Shown here: positions 21,892 through 31,948 of the stretch, piece by piece | Layout of the letters: each line of letters begins with the position of its first letter | Numbering within the stretch: the first letter of the stretch is position 1 | IMG/VR virus record: IMGVR_UViG_3300025276_000024 | Span: 50,830-114,829 of that record | Strand: one strand, 5' to 3' | DNA: 64,000 nucleotides | DNA from: a virus | Translations under genes and position numbers: made by a program | Notes under the pieces: generated by a model | Told to the model about the DNA's origin: nothing | Database searches by the model: none | Seen by the model: only the letters and a program-made list of their open reading frames with translations

Positions 21892-24800
21892 ATGGCTACA
21901 TGTTATAATAAAAATGATGCAGGGTATAAAGCATTAAGGACACAATATAATTCAGATGTTGAAACATCTCAGGTCATTAATAACTGGCAGCTTCTTAATG
22001 ACTCTAAAGTTTTTCCTAGTGTTGTTCAAGCACAGACTATGGTTAAGGATCAAAATATTGTTTTTTCTCTGAAACAGAAAAGATTTGGAGAAAGTGTAAT
22101 TGATAACCTGAGAAGAGAGAGAATAGGTAGTAATCTTAACGGGCAATTTTTAATTAATAATTCTAATCCTGCCACACAATCTTATGATGAAGCATTTTTA
22201 CAAAGCAATCTAAAAAGATTTAATAGATATTTAGAAATTAATAATATCCCTGCTGAGTCATTTTCTGTTACAAGAACTCCAAAGAGTTATAAGATAGAAG
22301 CAGTTAATGATCTATTTAGTTCAAGAGATATATTAGAAAAATCTAGATCATGGGATACTAACAGATCTAGAGCAGTTGTAATGCATCTTAAAAGAATGTT
22401 CCCACAAGTAAAGGTAAAGATGTTATCTGTAGGTCAAGCTAAAATAATGTTTGAGTCATTACCAAAGTGGAGAAAAAATAATGTAGGGTTTGATCAAGTG
22501 AATTCTTTTTATATGGATGGCACAGCATATCTAATAAAAGGAAGAGTCACTGATGAAATAGCAATTGAAGAAATACTGCATCCATTTACTGATGCAATAA
22601 AAATGGAAAATGAAGAACTATTTAATAACTTATTAGATGAAGCAGTTAATAATTTTCCAGAGTTAACTCAGCAAATTGAAGCAGCATATAATAATAAAAA
22701 ATTCAGTGATACTGAAAGAGATCTTGAGATTGTAACACAAGCACTAGCAAGACACTTCAAAAAAGAATATGAAACAACACCTACTACAAACTTTTTAGCA
22801 AAAGTTAAAGAGGTTCTAGAGTGGTTTAAAACTGTTATAGAAAATTTAAACAAGTATTTAACTGGTAGACCTCTTCCTGTTTCAGCAATTAAAGCAGGAA
22901 CAAATCTAAGTGATATTGCAAAATTACTTAATACAGAAGGCATACAGTTTAAATTAGAAAAAAGAGTAGATGGTAAAGTTAGATATAGTTTAACTCCAGC
23001 AAAGGAAGCACAAGTAAGACAAGCATTAGCTGTAGCTAATGATGTTCAAAGACCTCTTATACTACAACTATTTAATGTAGCTCAACTAGAGGATGGTACT
23101 TTAGTTGACTCTCTCTCAGTATCAGTAAAGAATGCTGCAGCAGGTGATTCAATAGTTACACTTAATAAAGAAAATCATACATACATAAATTCAAAGGATA
23201 AAAATAAAGTATATACATCTGTAACTACTGCTATTAAAGGAAAGTTATCTCCTGAAAAGCAAGTTGAGCATCAGATCAATCTAGATATTGGTAATGAGGT
23301 AGATACTTTATTAGATGGTGTTATTGCAAATTTATCTTTTGAGGATTCATTAGCAGCTGTTGAAACCAATAATCTATCAAGAGAAGATATGCAGAAGACC
23401 TTTAATACTTTGGGAAGTATTATGGATAGTATAAGAATGAAAGGTGCTATTGTGTTATCTCAAGTTGTTTTATTTGATGAAGCATCTAAAATGGCAGGTA
23501 CTGCTGATATTTTTATCATTGACCAAAATGGTAAGGTAAATATCATGGACCTTAAAACAACTAAGAATGAACTTAGTAAAGAAGTAGCTCTTAATGATGC
23601 TAAAGGAAAACGTACAGTAAATCAATATAAAGGAAGAGAATATAAATTAGATAAAGACAGTAAGTTGTTAGCTCAATACGATAAGGCAGGTAAGTTGATA
23701 AGTGAAGGTGTTAATAAGCCAGGTACTTTAGAAGAACTTAAAGCACTTACAACAGAAACTCAACATAACTTACAGGTAAATCTATACAGAAGAATGGCAG
23801 AAAACATGGGGTATGAAGTATCCTATGATGAGTGGTCTACATCTACTATACATTTTAAAGTTAATATATCAGGTAAAGGTATTGATCAGGTATATGAGGG
23901 AGGTATAGATTTTGATAGATGGGTGCCTCACCCGGTAAGTCAGAACCTACCTTTAGTAGATAAAATAGTACCAGAAGCATTAAACTCATATCAAAAAAGT
24001 AAATTAGACCAACAACAAGAGGGTGCTTATAATAAATTCTGGAATGGTAAAGATCAAACAGAGACTACTAATGATGATGACAGAAGTAAAGCAGAAAATT
24101 ATGATGAGTATAATGCAGCTGCAGGATTACTAAACACTTATCAAAAAGCATTAATTGCTAAGAGAGATATGATTCCTTTACTGAAATCTAATATCTACAT
24201 GCAATCTACTAAAGATAAAGAAATTGATCAGATATCAAAAACTATTGCATATATAAACATTGCAATGGGAGATGGTGTTAAACAACAATCCACTGCATTG
24301 TCAGAGGTATTGCAAGATGCGCTTGAACAGATTAAAGACTTTCAAAATTTTATACAGGATCCTAAAAATATTAACTCACCAGAGTATGTATCATATGTAT
24401 TAAACTTTGATAAGTACATGAAGACTTTTGATGGGTTATATATAGTAAAAAATACTAAAGGATTAAATGCAACCCAACAAAGACTAATTTTATCTCTGCA
24501 AACACAACTAAATAATTTAAGTGGAGCAGGAACAGACACCGGTGGTATAGTTGGAATTGCACTTAAAGATTATGTTAAAGAACAAGTAAGACTTAAATCT
24601 AATAATGATTATGGTGGAGAAGGAAGCTACTTTACTGAAGCTGATTTAAACCTTCTACTGGAGAAAGCACAGGACATTAGTGATACGGAATATCAAACTA
24701 AAGATATGGCCACTTCTCCTGATGTACTTTTAGCAACAATGGATAAAATTAGAAAAGCACAAAATCAAAAGTTGCTTGATAGAATAGCTCAAAGAGAATC

Positions 24801-27738
24801 ATTAATTAGAGCAGCTGGTCAAAAGCTTCTAAAGTTATCTCCAGAAAGCAAACTAGAAGACTTGTATGATTTTATGTTAGAGTTTGATGCTGATGGTGTT
24901 TTCAATGGACAGTATGTAACTAAAATTGGTCAAAGATACTGGGATGAATATAATAAAGTTAGAGATCCTTTATATGACAATGAGGGAACACCTTATCAAT
25001 ATAGACCTATTTATGATACAGAACAAGCACAAAAGACTGAGCAAGGTAGGAAAGATTTAGAATACAATATAGATTTGGCAGGTAAGAAAAGAGCCTTTGG
25101 TGATTTCTTTATGGCAGAAACAAAGAGAGAGGATGGATCATTAGGCAAAGGAGATAAACATGAATACACTCAGGAGTTTAAAGATGCAAGAGATAAGTTT
25201 GAAGTATGGAAGCCAGGATCAGAAAGTAGTTATAGAGGATTTTGGGAAAAGAAAGCAGGTATAAAAGCAGGAGAGTATGCTGCATATCAAGCTAGATATT
25301 ACGAAGGGATACAATATACTAAAGCAGTTAGAGTTGATGGTGTAGCTACTGGAGCAATAATACAAGAACGACAGGGTTTTATGGTTCCTAAAGTTGAATA
25401 CAGAACAGTAAGAGAAATTTCTGGGTCAGGTATAAACTTCCGTAGTGATAAATATGATGCTATATTGTCAGGTAACGATGCTAAATCAGTAGCAGAAAGA
25501 GAGTTCTATAATCTGTATATTGATATGTTTGAGAATGACCTACTGAAAAAGATTCCAATTGGTCAAGCTGCAAATATGTTAGGCAGAGTACCTTTAGTAC
25601 AGAATAAATTATTAGATGAGGTAACTGAAAGGGGGTCCTTCTTTACTAAGGTCTGGGCTAAAACAGTGAGTAGTAAAGCATTTAATATGTTTAAGCAAAC
25701 GTCTACTCAAAAGAATGTTATACTAGATAACAATGGTTATATTATAGACCAGATGCCAGTATATTATACCGGGAGAGCTAAGATAGATAGTGACATGGCT
25801 GACTTAGAAAAAGAGATCAGTGCATTAAATGCTTCTTATAAAATAAACAAAATCACTGCTGATGAATATAAAACTAAAATTGCTGCTTTAAATGGTAAAA
25901 TGACTAGGCTACGAGCTACACCAAGTAGAGGTCAAATAAGTAAGGATATGGCATCAAGTCTTTTGAAGTTTAGTGCAATGGCAGAAAACTATGAGACTAT
26001 GGGTGCAATTGATGATACATTAAAAGCCTTTGTTAAAGTAATAGAAAAAAGAACTTATACTCCGGCTAAAGGAATGAAGCTAAAGTTATCATCTACATCC
26101 AAAGGTGAAACACAAGAAGACATTGGAACTAAAGCAAATACATCTACACAGGAAAAAAATACTGTCAGGAGAGCTAAGAAGTTTATGTCAATGATACACT
26201 ATGATAATGAAATGATAACCAAAGGTGCAGTAGATAAAATTGCAGATGGTCTAATTCAATTGTCTTCTTTATCTTATGTAGCATTTAACCCTTTTGGTAA
26301 CTTTAATAACTACTTGATTGGTAGATTAAACAATAATATTGAAGCAATTGGTGGTAGATTTTATTCTCAAAAAGCATTTAAAAGAGCAACTTGGGAGTTT
26401 AACAAAAGAGCTCTTCCAGGTTTAGTACAAAGAACTGCCCACGGTGGTGCAGAAAGTCTTTTAGATGTAGTTACATTAGGTATTATACCTGGCTTAGATA
26501 AAGCTGATTATAATAAAAAATTACCTAATAGTAAATATGAAGCTTTTGTTGATATGTTTAGAATGATGGACAACATGTCTGATTTACGTGAGCAAAGTAT
26601 TGTAACAGAGGATGGTAAGAGTTGGTTTGATAAAGCTACAGAGTGGGGTTACATCATGCAAGATGCTGCTGAGTACAATTCACAAACTAAGGTAGGTATG
26701 GCTATTCTAATGGATACGTTTGTAAAAAACACAAAGACAGGGGATAAGCTATCAATGTTTGATGCATTTGAATATGATACTGTAACTCATACAAATAAAT
26801 TAAAAGAGGGATATGACGTTGTTATAAAAAGAAATGGACAAGAAGTGCCATATAGTGATGAGTTTAGATATGAAATTAGAAATGAAATTAGAGAAGTAAA
26901 TAAACAAATTCATGGTAACTATGCTAAGGAAGACAGGATGGTATTACAATCTCATACTCTTGGTAATCTAGCTGTTCAGTTTAAGAAATGGTTGGCCCCT
27001 GCTATTAGAGCAAGATATCAAAGAGAATATTTTGATCAGAATCTTGGTTGGATGGAAGGTAGATATAGATCTGCTTTATCATTTATAAACTATGCTAGAA
27101 AGGAAGTTGTACAAGGTAATCTAGACTTTAAAAATATGGGTAAAAAATACTTAGATGCCCAGGTTAATTTTTATAGCAATGATAAATTTGGTGTAGATAG
27201 AGAATATGGTAAGGGAGGAAACATGGATCAAAGAGCAAAAAATAAATTGTTTGGTTTTTATAGATCTATGGGTGACTTAGGTATTATGTTTAGTACATTA
27301 TTTATATCTATGTTATTTGATGATATACTTTCTGGAGATGATGATGATAGTGATACTACTAAACGATTTAAAAACTTAACTAGATATCAAGCAGACAGAG
27401 TTTATAAAGAGCTTGTATTATTTATGCCATCATTTGCAGGGTTTAAACAAGTAGAGCAAATGTTTAACTCTCCAGTTGCTGCTTCACGTTCAGTAAGTGA
27501 ACTGTCTGAGCTTATGGAAATGTTCTTTATAGGAGGGTTTAAATATTCTATGGCAAGAGTAACAGGAAATCTAGAAGGACCTGATGGTTTTTATGGGAAT
27601 TCAAATTATGTATATCAAAGAGGTAATAGAAAGGGAGAGTTAAAGTTATATAAAAACTTTAAAGATGTATTTCCTATTGTTTATTCAATACAGAAGTGGG
27701 ACTCTTATCTTAAGAATAGTGATTTCTATATTAAATAG
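21892..27738 (+). CDS. Giant cargo protein (1948 aa) with degenerate zincin-like and PD-(D/E)xK nuclease domains
   Basis: IEEILHPF (HExxH-like, first His lost) at 22567-22581; GTADIFII...MDLKT...QVNLY nuclease motifs at about 23497-23790; hydrophobic segment near the C-terminus. Confidence 0.7.
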   Translation: MATCYNKNDAGYKALRTQYNSDVETSQVINNWQLLNDSKVFPSVVQAQTMVKDQNIVFSLKQKRFGESVIDNLRRERIGSNLNGQFLINNSNPATQSYDEAFLQSNLKRFNRYLEINNIPAESFSVTRTPKSYKIEAVNDLFSSRDILEKSRSWDTNRSRAVVMHLKRMFPQVKVKMLSVGQAKIMFESLPKWRKNNVGFDQVNSFYMDGTAYLIKGRVTDEIAIEEILHPFTDAIKMENEELFNNLLDEAVNNFPELTQQIEAAYNNKKFSDTERDLEIVTQALARHFKKEYETTPTTNFLAKVKEVLEWFKTVIENLNKYLTGRPLPVSAIKAGTNLSDIAKLLNTEGIQFKLEKRVDGKVRYSLTPAKEAQVRQALAVANDVQRPLILQLFNVAQLEDGTLVDSLSVSVKNAAAGDSIVTLNKENHTYINSKDKNKVYTSVTTAIKGKLSPEKQVEHQINLDIGNEVDTLLDGVIANLSFEDSLAAVETNNLSREDMQKTFNTLGSIMDSIRMKGAIVLSQVVLFDEASKMAGTADIFIIDQNGKVNIMDLKTTKNELSKEVALNDAKGKRTVNQYKGREYKLDKDSKLLAQYDKAGKLISEGVNKPGTLEELKALTTETQHNLQVNLYRRMAENMGYEVSYDEWSTSTIHFKVNISGKGIDQVYEGGIDFDRWVPHPVSQNLPLVDKIVPEALNSYQKSKLDQQQEGAYNKFWNGKDQTETTNDDDRSKAENYDEYNAAAGLLNTYQKALIAKRDMIPLLKSNIYMQSTKDKEIDQISKTIAYINIAMGDGVKQQSTALSEVLQDALEQIKDFQNFIQDPKNINSPEYVSYVLNFDKYMKTFDGLYIVKNTKGLNATQQRLILSLQTQLNNLSGAGTDTGGIVGIALKDYVKEQVRLKSNNDYGGEGSYFTEADLNLLLEKAQDISDTEYQTKDMATSPDVLLATMDKIRKAQNQKLLDRIAQRESLIRAAGQKLLKLSPESKLEDLYDFMLEFDADGVFNGQYVTKIGQRYWDEYNKVRDPLYDNEGTPYQYRPIYDTEQAQKTEQGRKDLEYNIDLAGKKRAFGDFFMAETKREDGSLGKGDKHEYTQEFKDARDKFEVWKPGSESSYRGFWEKKAGIKAGEYAAYQARYYEGIQYTKAVRVDGVATGAIIQERQGFMVPKVEYRTVREISGSGINFRSDKYDAILSGNDAKSVAEREFYNLYIDMFENDLLKKIPIGQAANMLGRVPLVQNKLLDEVTERGSFFTKVWAKTVSSKAFNMFKQTSTQKNVILDNNGYIIDQMPVYYTGRAKIDSDMADLEKEISALNASYKINKITADEYKTKIAALNGKMTRLRATPSRGQISKDMASSLLKFSAMAENYETMGAIDDTLKAFVKVIEKRTYTPAKGMKLKLSSTSKGETQEDIGTKANTSTQEKNTVRRAKKFMSMIHYDNEMITKGAVDKIADGLIQLSSLSYVAFNPFGNFNNYLIGRLNNNIEAIGGRFYSQKAFKRATWEFNKRALPGLVQRTAHGGAESLLDVVTLGIIPGLDKADYNKKLPNSKYEAFVDMFRMMDNMSDLREQSIVTEDGKSWFDKATEWGYIMQDAAEYNSQTKVGMAILMDTFVKNTKTGDKLSMFDAFEYDTVTHTNKLKEGYDVVIKRNGQEVPYSDEFRYEIRNEIREVNKQIHGNYAKEDRMVLQSHTLGNLAVQFKKWLAPAIRARYQREYFDQNLGWMEGRYRSALSFINYARKEVVQGNLDFKNMGKKYLDAQVNFYSNDKFGVDREYGKGGNMDQRAKNKLFGFYRSMGDLGIMFSTLFISMLFDDILSGDDDDSDTTKRFKNLTRYQADRVYKELVLFMPSFAGFKQVEQMFNSPVAASRSVSELSELMEMFFIGGFKYSMARVTGNLEGPDGFYGNSNYVYQRGNRKGELKLYKNFKDVFPIVYSIQKWDSYLKNSDFYIK

Positions 27739-27833
27739 GACAAATTTACAGGTTTAATTCTTTCAGTATTCATTTAGATATCTTATATTATAGTATAAAC
27801 CAGCAGTACCAGTGTTAAATTATACAATTATAT

Positions 27834-29078
27834 ATGAAAAAATATTTAAACTTACTGCTGTTATTTACATTCTTCTTTGTTTCTAATAGTATATACTCTC
27901 AATCAACTGAAGCGCCAGTAAAACAAAAATTCTTTAAAGGTTTATATGAAGACTTTTTAAAGTTTGGAACTATATACGGGGCGGGTGATTTAAACAATTC
28001 AATAGAAGCTGATGAGTCAACTTACTTTGTTAGAACAGGAGACGGTGACGGCTTATATGATATACCTGTTGTAGTAAATAACACACCTGACTATCCATTT
28101 GATTATAGAGTGGGTATTGGTATTAGAAAGCTAGCAAGGTTTAGCTATGAGAGAAAACCCAAAAACTTTTATGATGGTACAGAAGAACAGCTGGCATTTA
28201 GTGCCCCAACTTCTGCATTAAGAGGTTTAGAATATCAACTGCATTGGGAAAAGGAACGTTGGAGAGGAGAAGACTTTAAAAACCACAGGTTCTTTATAAA
28301 ACATACAGGCAAATATCATATAGTTAAAGTTGAGTCAAGAGAAGTAGGAAAGATAAATCTAGCCTATCAATCTGCTGAGGCAAGATTAAGACTACCTATA
28401 GGGGAGAAGTTTAGTATTTCTGCAGGTGCAATCTACCGTACTCATAACCGTGCTTATGGTTATAACCCAATTGAAATATGGTTAAATGAAACACAAATGT
28501 TTACTGATCCTAATACAGGTGAGGAATTTGAATTCCCAGTTAATCCTTGGTATACTTTAGGATTTGAATATGGATACACTGATCATTTTACTACATATAC
28601 AGATGCAAACACAGGAGAAGAGATACAAGACTGGATCTGGAAAGATGCAGATGGAAACATTGTAGCTTATTCTGACATTGACTTTAGAGAAGGTGTATTT
28701 ACAGATTTGATGAACCGCTTTAATAGGGAAGCTTTATCAGAGATACCTGGATTTGGTGAGATAGCACCAATAGTAGGAATGGACTTCTATCATTACAAAA
28801 GAAACTTTTGGTTACATGCATATGCTAACTACATACTACCATATCACAGATATTTAAAAGGTGATGAAGTTGTCTCTTATTTAAATAGAAACAACTGGGG
28901 TAAGGGAGGCTTAAAAGATGATGCAGGATTAGAACAGTGGGCAGACTATTCATTTGGTGCTGATTTGGGTTTTAAAATAAATAAAAACTTAGGTATATTC
29001 ATAGAAGGAGAATATTCTAAGATGTGGGATAGTGAATTATATCAGACTACACTTGGTCTTAATTATACATTTAGATAG
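27834..29078 (+). CDS. Exported protein, putative outer-membrane beta-barrel (414 aa)
   Basis: Sec signal MKKYLNLLLLFTFFFVSNSIYS/Q; alternating aromatic beta-strand patterns; C-terminal TTLGLNYTFR resembles a beta-signal. Confidence 0.6.
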   Translation: MKKYLNLLLLFTFFFVSNSIYSQSTEAPVKQKFFKGLYEDFLKFGTIYGAGDLNNSIEADESTYFVRTGDGDGLYDIPVVVNNTPDYPFDYRVGIGIRKLARFSYERKPKNFYDGTEEQLAFSAPTSALRGLEYQLHWEKERWRGEDFKNHRFFIKHTGKYHIVKVESREVGKINLAYQSAEARLRLPIGEKFSISAGAIYRTHNRAYGYNPIEIWLNETQMFTDPNTGEEFEFPVNPWYTLGFEYGYTDHFTTYTDANTGEEIQDWIWKDADGNIVAYSDIDFREGVFTDLMNRFNREALSEIPGFGEIAPIVGMDFYHYKRNFWLHAYANYILPYHRYLKGDEVVSYLNRNNWGKGGLKDDAGLEQWADYSFGADLGFKINKNLGIFIEGEYSKMWDSELYQTTLGLNYTFR

Positions 29079-29080
29079 AC

Positions 29081-29491
29081 ATGAAAAAATTATTAATTAT
29101 AGTATTAGCATTAACACTTACATCTTGTGGTAGCACATATAATCTCTCAACAGATTATAGAATTAAGAGTATACTAACTATAACTGAAAAAGGAGATACA
29201 CTTGCTGTACCAATTAGAGACTTTAAATTTAGAGTGCTTGATAGTAGAATATTACAGTTAATAGACCGCAATCAATTTAGATATAGACAAGACTGGCAAC
29301 GTTGGAATCCTTATCCTCTTCCATATATTAATAATAGGTCTTCAGTTATTCACGGTAATAACAACACTAGAGTGAGAGTAGAAAGAAATAATGTTAAACC
29401 GGTCAACACGCCTGTAATAATTAAGCCTTATAAGCCGTCTACCCCAATAAATGTAACACCAATTGTAAAACCTAATAAAAAAAGTAATTAA
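29081..29491 (+). CDS. Putative lipoprotein (136 aa)
   Basis: MKKLLIIVLALTLTS-C lipobox; Pro/Asn/Lys-rich tail. Confidence 0.65.
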   Translation: MKKLLIIVLALTLTSCGSTYNLSTDYRIKSILTITEKGDTLAVPIRDFKFRVLDSRILQLIDRNQFRYRQDWQRWNPYPLPYINNRSSVIHGNNNTRVRVERNNVKPVNTPVIIKPYKPSTPINVTPIVKPNKKSN

Positions 29492-29492
29492 A

Positions 29493-29780
29493 ATGGCAGA
29501 AGTACCTCAGATAGGAGAACAAACAAAAGTAACTTTAGATTTAAAAACAATTGGGATGATAGTGGGTTTTGTAATATCACTATCAACAATGTGGTTTACA
29601 TTAAAGGCAGATATAGCAACGGCTATGGAAAATCCAAAACCACCAATTGAAAGAGTGGAGTATGATCTTAAAGATGAACTTGTAAGACAAACCATAATGG
29701 AAACACAGGAAGACGTTGAGATGCTTCTTATGAAATTTGAAAAGATGGAAGAGAGAATCTATGAGTTAACCAAAAGATAA
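29493..29780 (+). CDS. Single-pass membrane protein with coiled-coil tail (95 aa)
   Basis: IGMIVGFVISLSTMWFTL hydrophobic helix followed by a charged heptad-like region. Confidence 0.6.
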   Translation: MAEVPQIGEQTKVTLDLKTIGMIVGFVISLSTMWFTLKADIATAMENPKPPIERVEYDLKDELVRQTIMETQEDVEMLLMKFEKMEERIYELTKR

Positions 29781-29784
29781 TATT

Positions 29785-30210
29785 ATGAAAAAGGATCTTC
29801 TGTTTGTTATAACGTTATTATTTACTACTACAATAACTATACAGGCTCAAGAATGGGTTACAGATCTAAACTATGCTGATAAAGTAACAGGTAGTTCAGC
29901 ATTTGATGATGACTTACATGAGATTATTGTTGTAGAGTTTTGGGCAAAGTTTAATGAACAAAATGCATTTCCTGATTGGAAAAAGTTAGATGATATAGAA
30001 GGTGTAACATACTATAGATGTGACATAGCTACATCACCTAACTTAAAAAAAGAACTAAGAATAAGAATGGCACCAACCTTATTGATTTATACAAAAGGTG
30101 AAGCTTTTATAAAGTTTAAGGCTAAGGCAGGATTAGATCTTTTGTGTCCTGTGGATTATCCTAAAATGATCAGAGCTATAGAAGTTGTCAGAAGAGAGTC
30201 ACAGTATTAA
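29785..30210 (+). CDS. Exported thioredoxin-fold protein lacking CxxC (141 aa)
   Basis: Signal peptide ending IQA/QE; IIVVEFWAKFN in place of VVDFWAxWCxxC; cis-Pro loop IRMAPTLLIY. Confidence 0.6.
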   Translation: MKKDLLFVITLLFTTTITIQAQEWVTDLNYADKVTGSSAFDDDLHEIIVVEFWAKFNEQNAFPDWKKLDDIEGVTYYRCDIATSPNLKKELRIRMAPTLLIYTKGEAFIKFKAKAGLDLLCPVDYPKMIRAIEVVRRESQY

Positions 30211-30253
30211 TAATACATGTTCAAGTTGTGCTAAACCCATGACTTATTATGGA

Positions 30254-30281
30254 GGCACCATCAAAGATGGGCCTTTTTTTT
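30254..30281 (+). terminator. Rho-independent terminator after the envelope cassette
   Basis: GGCACCATC-aaa-GATGGGCC stem (one bulge) followed by T8, between convergent genes. Confidence 0.6.
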
Positions 30282-30312
30282 ATTGTCATAACTGTGATGT
30301 TATAGAATTTAT

Positions 30313-31938
30313 TTACCCTTCACAACTAGAACACTCTAATATATCACGTGCAAAATCTTGAGCACTACTCTTACTAAACTGATAATATAAAGTCTTTACA
30401 CCTTCTTCCCAGGCGTACATATAAAGTTTATTTATATCTTTAGCTGAGACAGATGGATCTATCATCAAGTTTAATGATTGTGACTGATCAATATGCTTTT
30501 GTCTTTGAGCTGCTTGAAGAACAATCTCTTTTGGAGATATTTCAACAAAAGACTTAAACACTTCTTTAGTAGGGAAATCTAAATGTTGCACGCTACCATC
30601 TTTCTTTAGGATAGACTTCCAAGTCTTGTCTGTATTTAGACCATACTTCTCAAGCTCCTCTTCTAAAAACGGGTTCCTGTAGATAGTCTTAGACTTAGCA
30701 AGATCCTTAATAAAGTAGTTAGACTTGATAGGCTCTATACCCATAGACACAGCACCGTGTATAAATGAACTAGACTTAGTAGGAGCAATGGCCATAAGAG
30801 TAGTATTAGCATACCCTTCTCTAAGAGATGTGTACCCATACTCTTTATGCAGCTCTCTGGAAGCAATCTCACTTCTATCTTTAAGTGTTCTAAATATCTC
30901 ACTATTTAATCCTTTAGCTTGCAATGAGTCAAACTCAAGAAGCTTAGATTGAAATAAAGAATGGTATCCTAACACACCAAGACCAATTGCTCTATGCTTC
31001 TCAGCAAAGTTAAACGCTCTCTTCATGCCCGGCATAGTCTCAGACTTAATAATGAATTCATCCATTACTGCATTTAAGAAATACACATATGTTTCAATTG
31101 CATCAGTTTCTTTTATCTGGTCCCAATGTAATAGGTTAATAGAACCCAAGCAACATACAAAAGAATTATAACTATCAGTAGGAAGCTGGATCTCTGAACA
31201 TAAATTAGATGCTGTGATATCCATTCCAAGCTCTTTGTAAGGAGAGTTGTTATTAGAGTTATCTTTAAACATAATATAAGGAAATCCAAATTCACTTCTG
31301 TTCTGAATGATCTTGGCCCATACTTTACGTTTACCTTTATCTCCTTCTTTCATCTCATTCATCCATTGATCAGTAACTGTTACACCATACTGTAAATTTT
31401 GTATGGGGTTACCTTCTGTACCAATATCTAAGAACTCTAAGATATCTGCATGCTCAACTGGTAGGTATACTGCACAAGCACCACGTCTTGCTTCAGATTG
31501 CTTACAAACATCTACTACAGTATCATACATTCTAGCATAATGAATAGGACCATCTGCATGACCTCCAGTAGAAATCTCAGTTCCTCTAGGCCTAATATTA
31601 CCCAAATAGGCGCTTGTACCCCCACCATATTTACTCATCATACCTATCTCACGTGCAGCATTTAAAATACTATCTAGGTTATCATCTACATTAGATCCAT
31701 AACAACTAATTGGCAGACCCTTTTGTTTACCAAAATTAATCCATACAGGAGTAGACAAAGAGTAAAATCCTTTTGTCATATAATCCTCAAACTTTTCTGC
31801 AAAGCCTTTTATATTTAAATATTTTTCTGCCTTAATAGCAATATCTTTTATTCTTTGCTCAGGTGTTTCTGTAATATATCCTCTTGATAAGAAGGTTCTG
31901 CTATCTTCATTAAGCCAGTAATATTTTTTGTATTCCAT
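30313..31938 (-). CDS. nrdA: Ribonucleotide reductase class I alpha subunit, short form without ATP-cone (start likely ATG 31938)
   Basis: PISC, SNLCSEI (thiyl Cys), CCLGSIN, APTKSSS, TLYYQ tyrosine dyad, C-terminal CSSCEG. Confidence 0.95.
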   Translation of the reverse strand: MEYKKYYWLNEDSRTFLSRGYITETPEQRIKDIAIKAEKYLNIKGFAEKFEDYMTKGFYSLSTPVWINFGKQKGLPISCYGSNVDDNLDSILNAAREIGMMSKYGGGTSAYLGNIRPRGTEISTGGHADGPIHYARMYDTVVDVCKQSEARRGACAVYLPVEHADILEFLDIGTEGNPIQNLQYGVTVTDQWMNEMKEGDKGKRKVWAKIIQNRSEFGFPYIMFKDNSNNNSPYKELGMDITASNLCSEIQLPTDSYNSFVCCLGSINLLHWDQIKETDAIETYVYFLNAVMDEFIIKSETMPGMKRAFNFAEKHRAIGLGVLGYHSLFQSKLLEFDSLQAKGLNSEIFRTLKDRSEIASRELHKEYGYTSLREGYANTTLMAIAPTKSSSFIHGAVSMGIEPIKSNYFIKDLAKSKTIYRNPFLEEELEKYGLNTDKTWKSILKKDGSVQHLDFPTKEVFKSFVEISPKEIVLQAAQRQKHIDQSQSLNLMIDPSVSAKDINKLYMYAWEEGVKTLYYQFSKSSAQDFARDILECSSCEG

Positions 31939-31948
31939 GTTTGGTTTT

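Noticed and set aside
29785-30210. Redox-active thioredoxin serving the adjacent RNR
   Set aside because: It has a signal peptide and no CxxC, so it is unlikely to reduce cytoplasmic NrdA.
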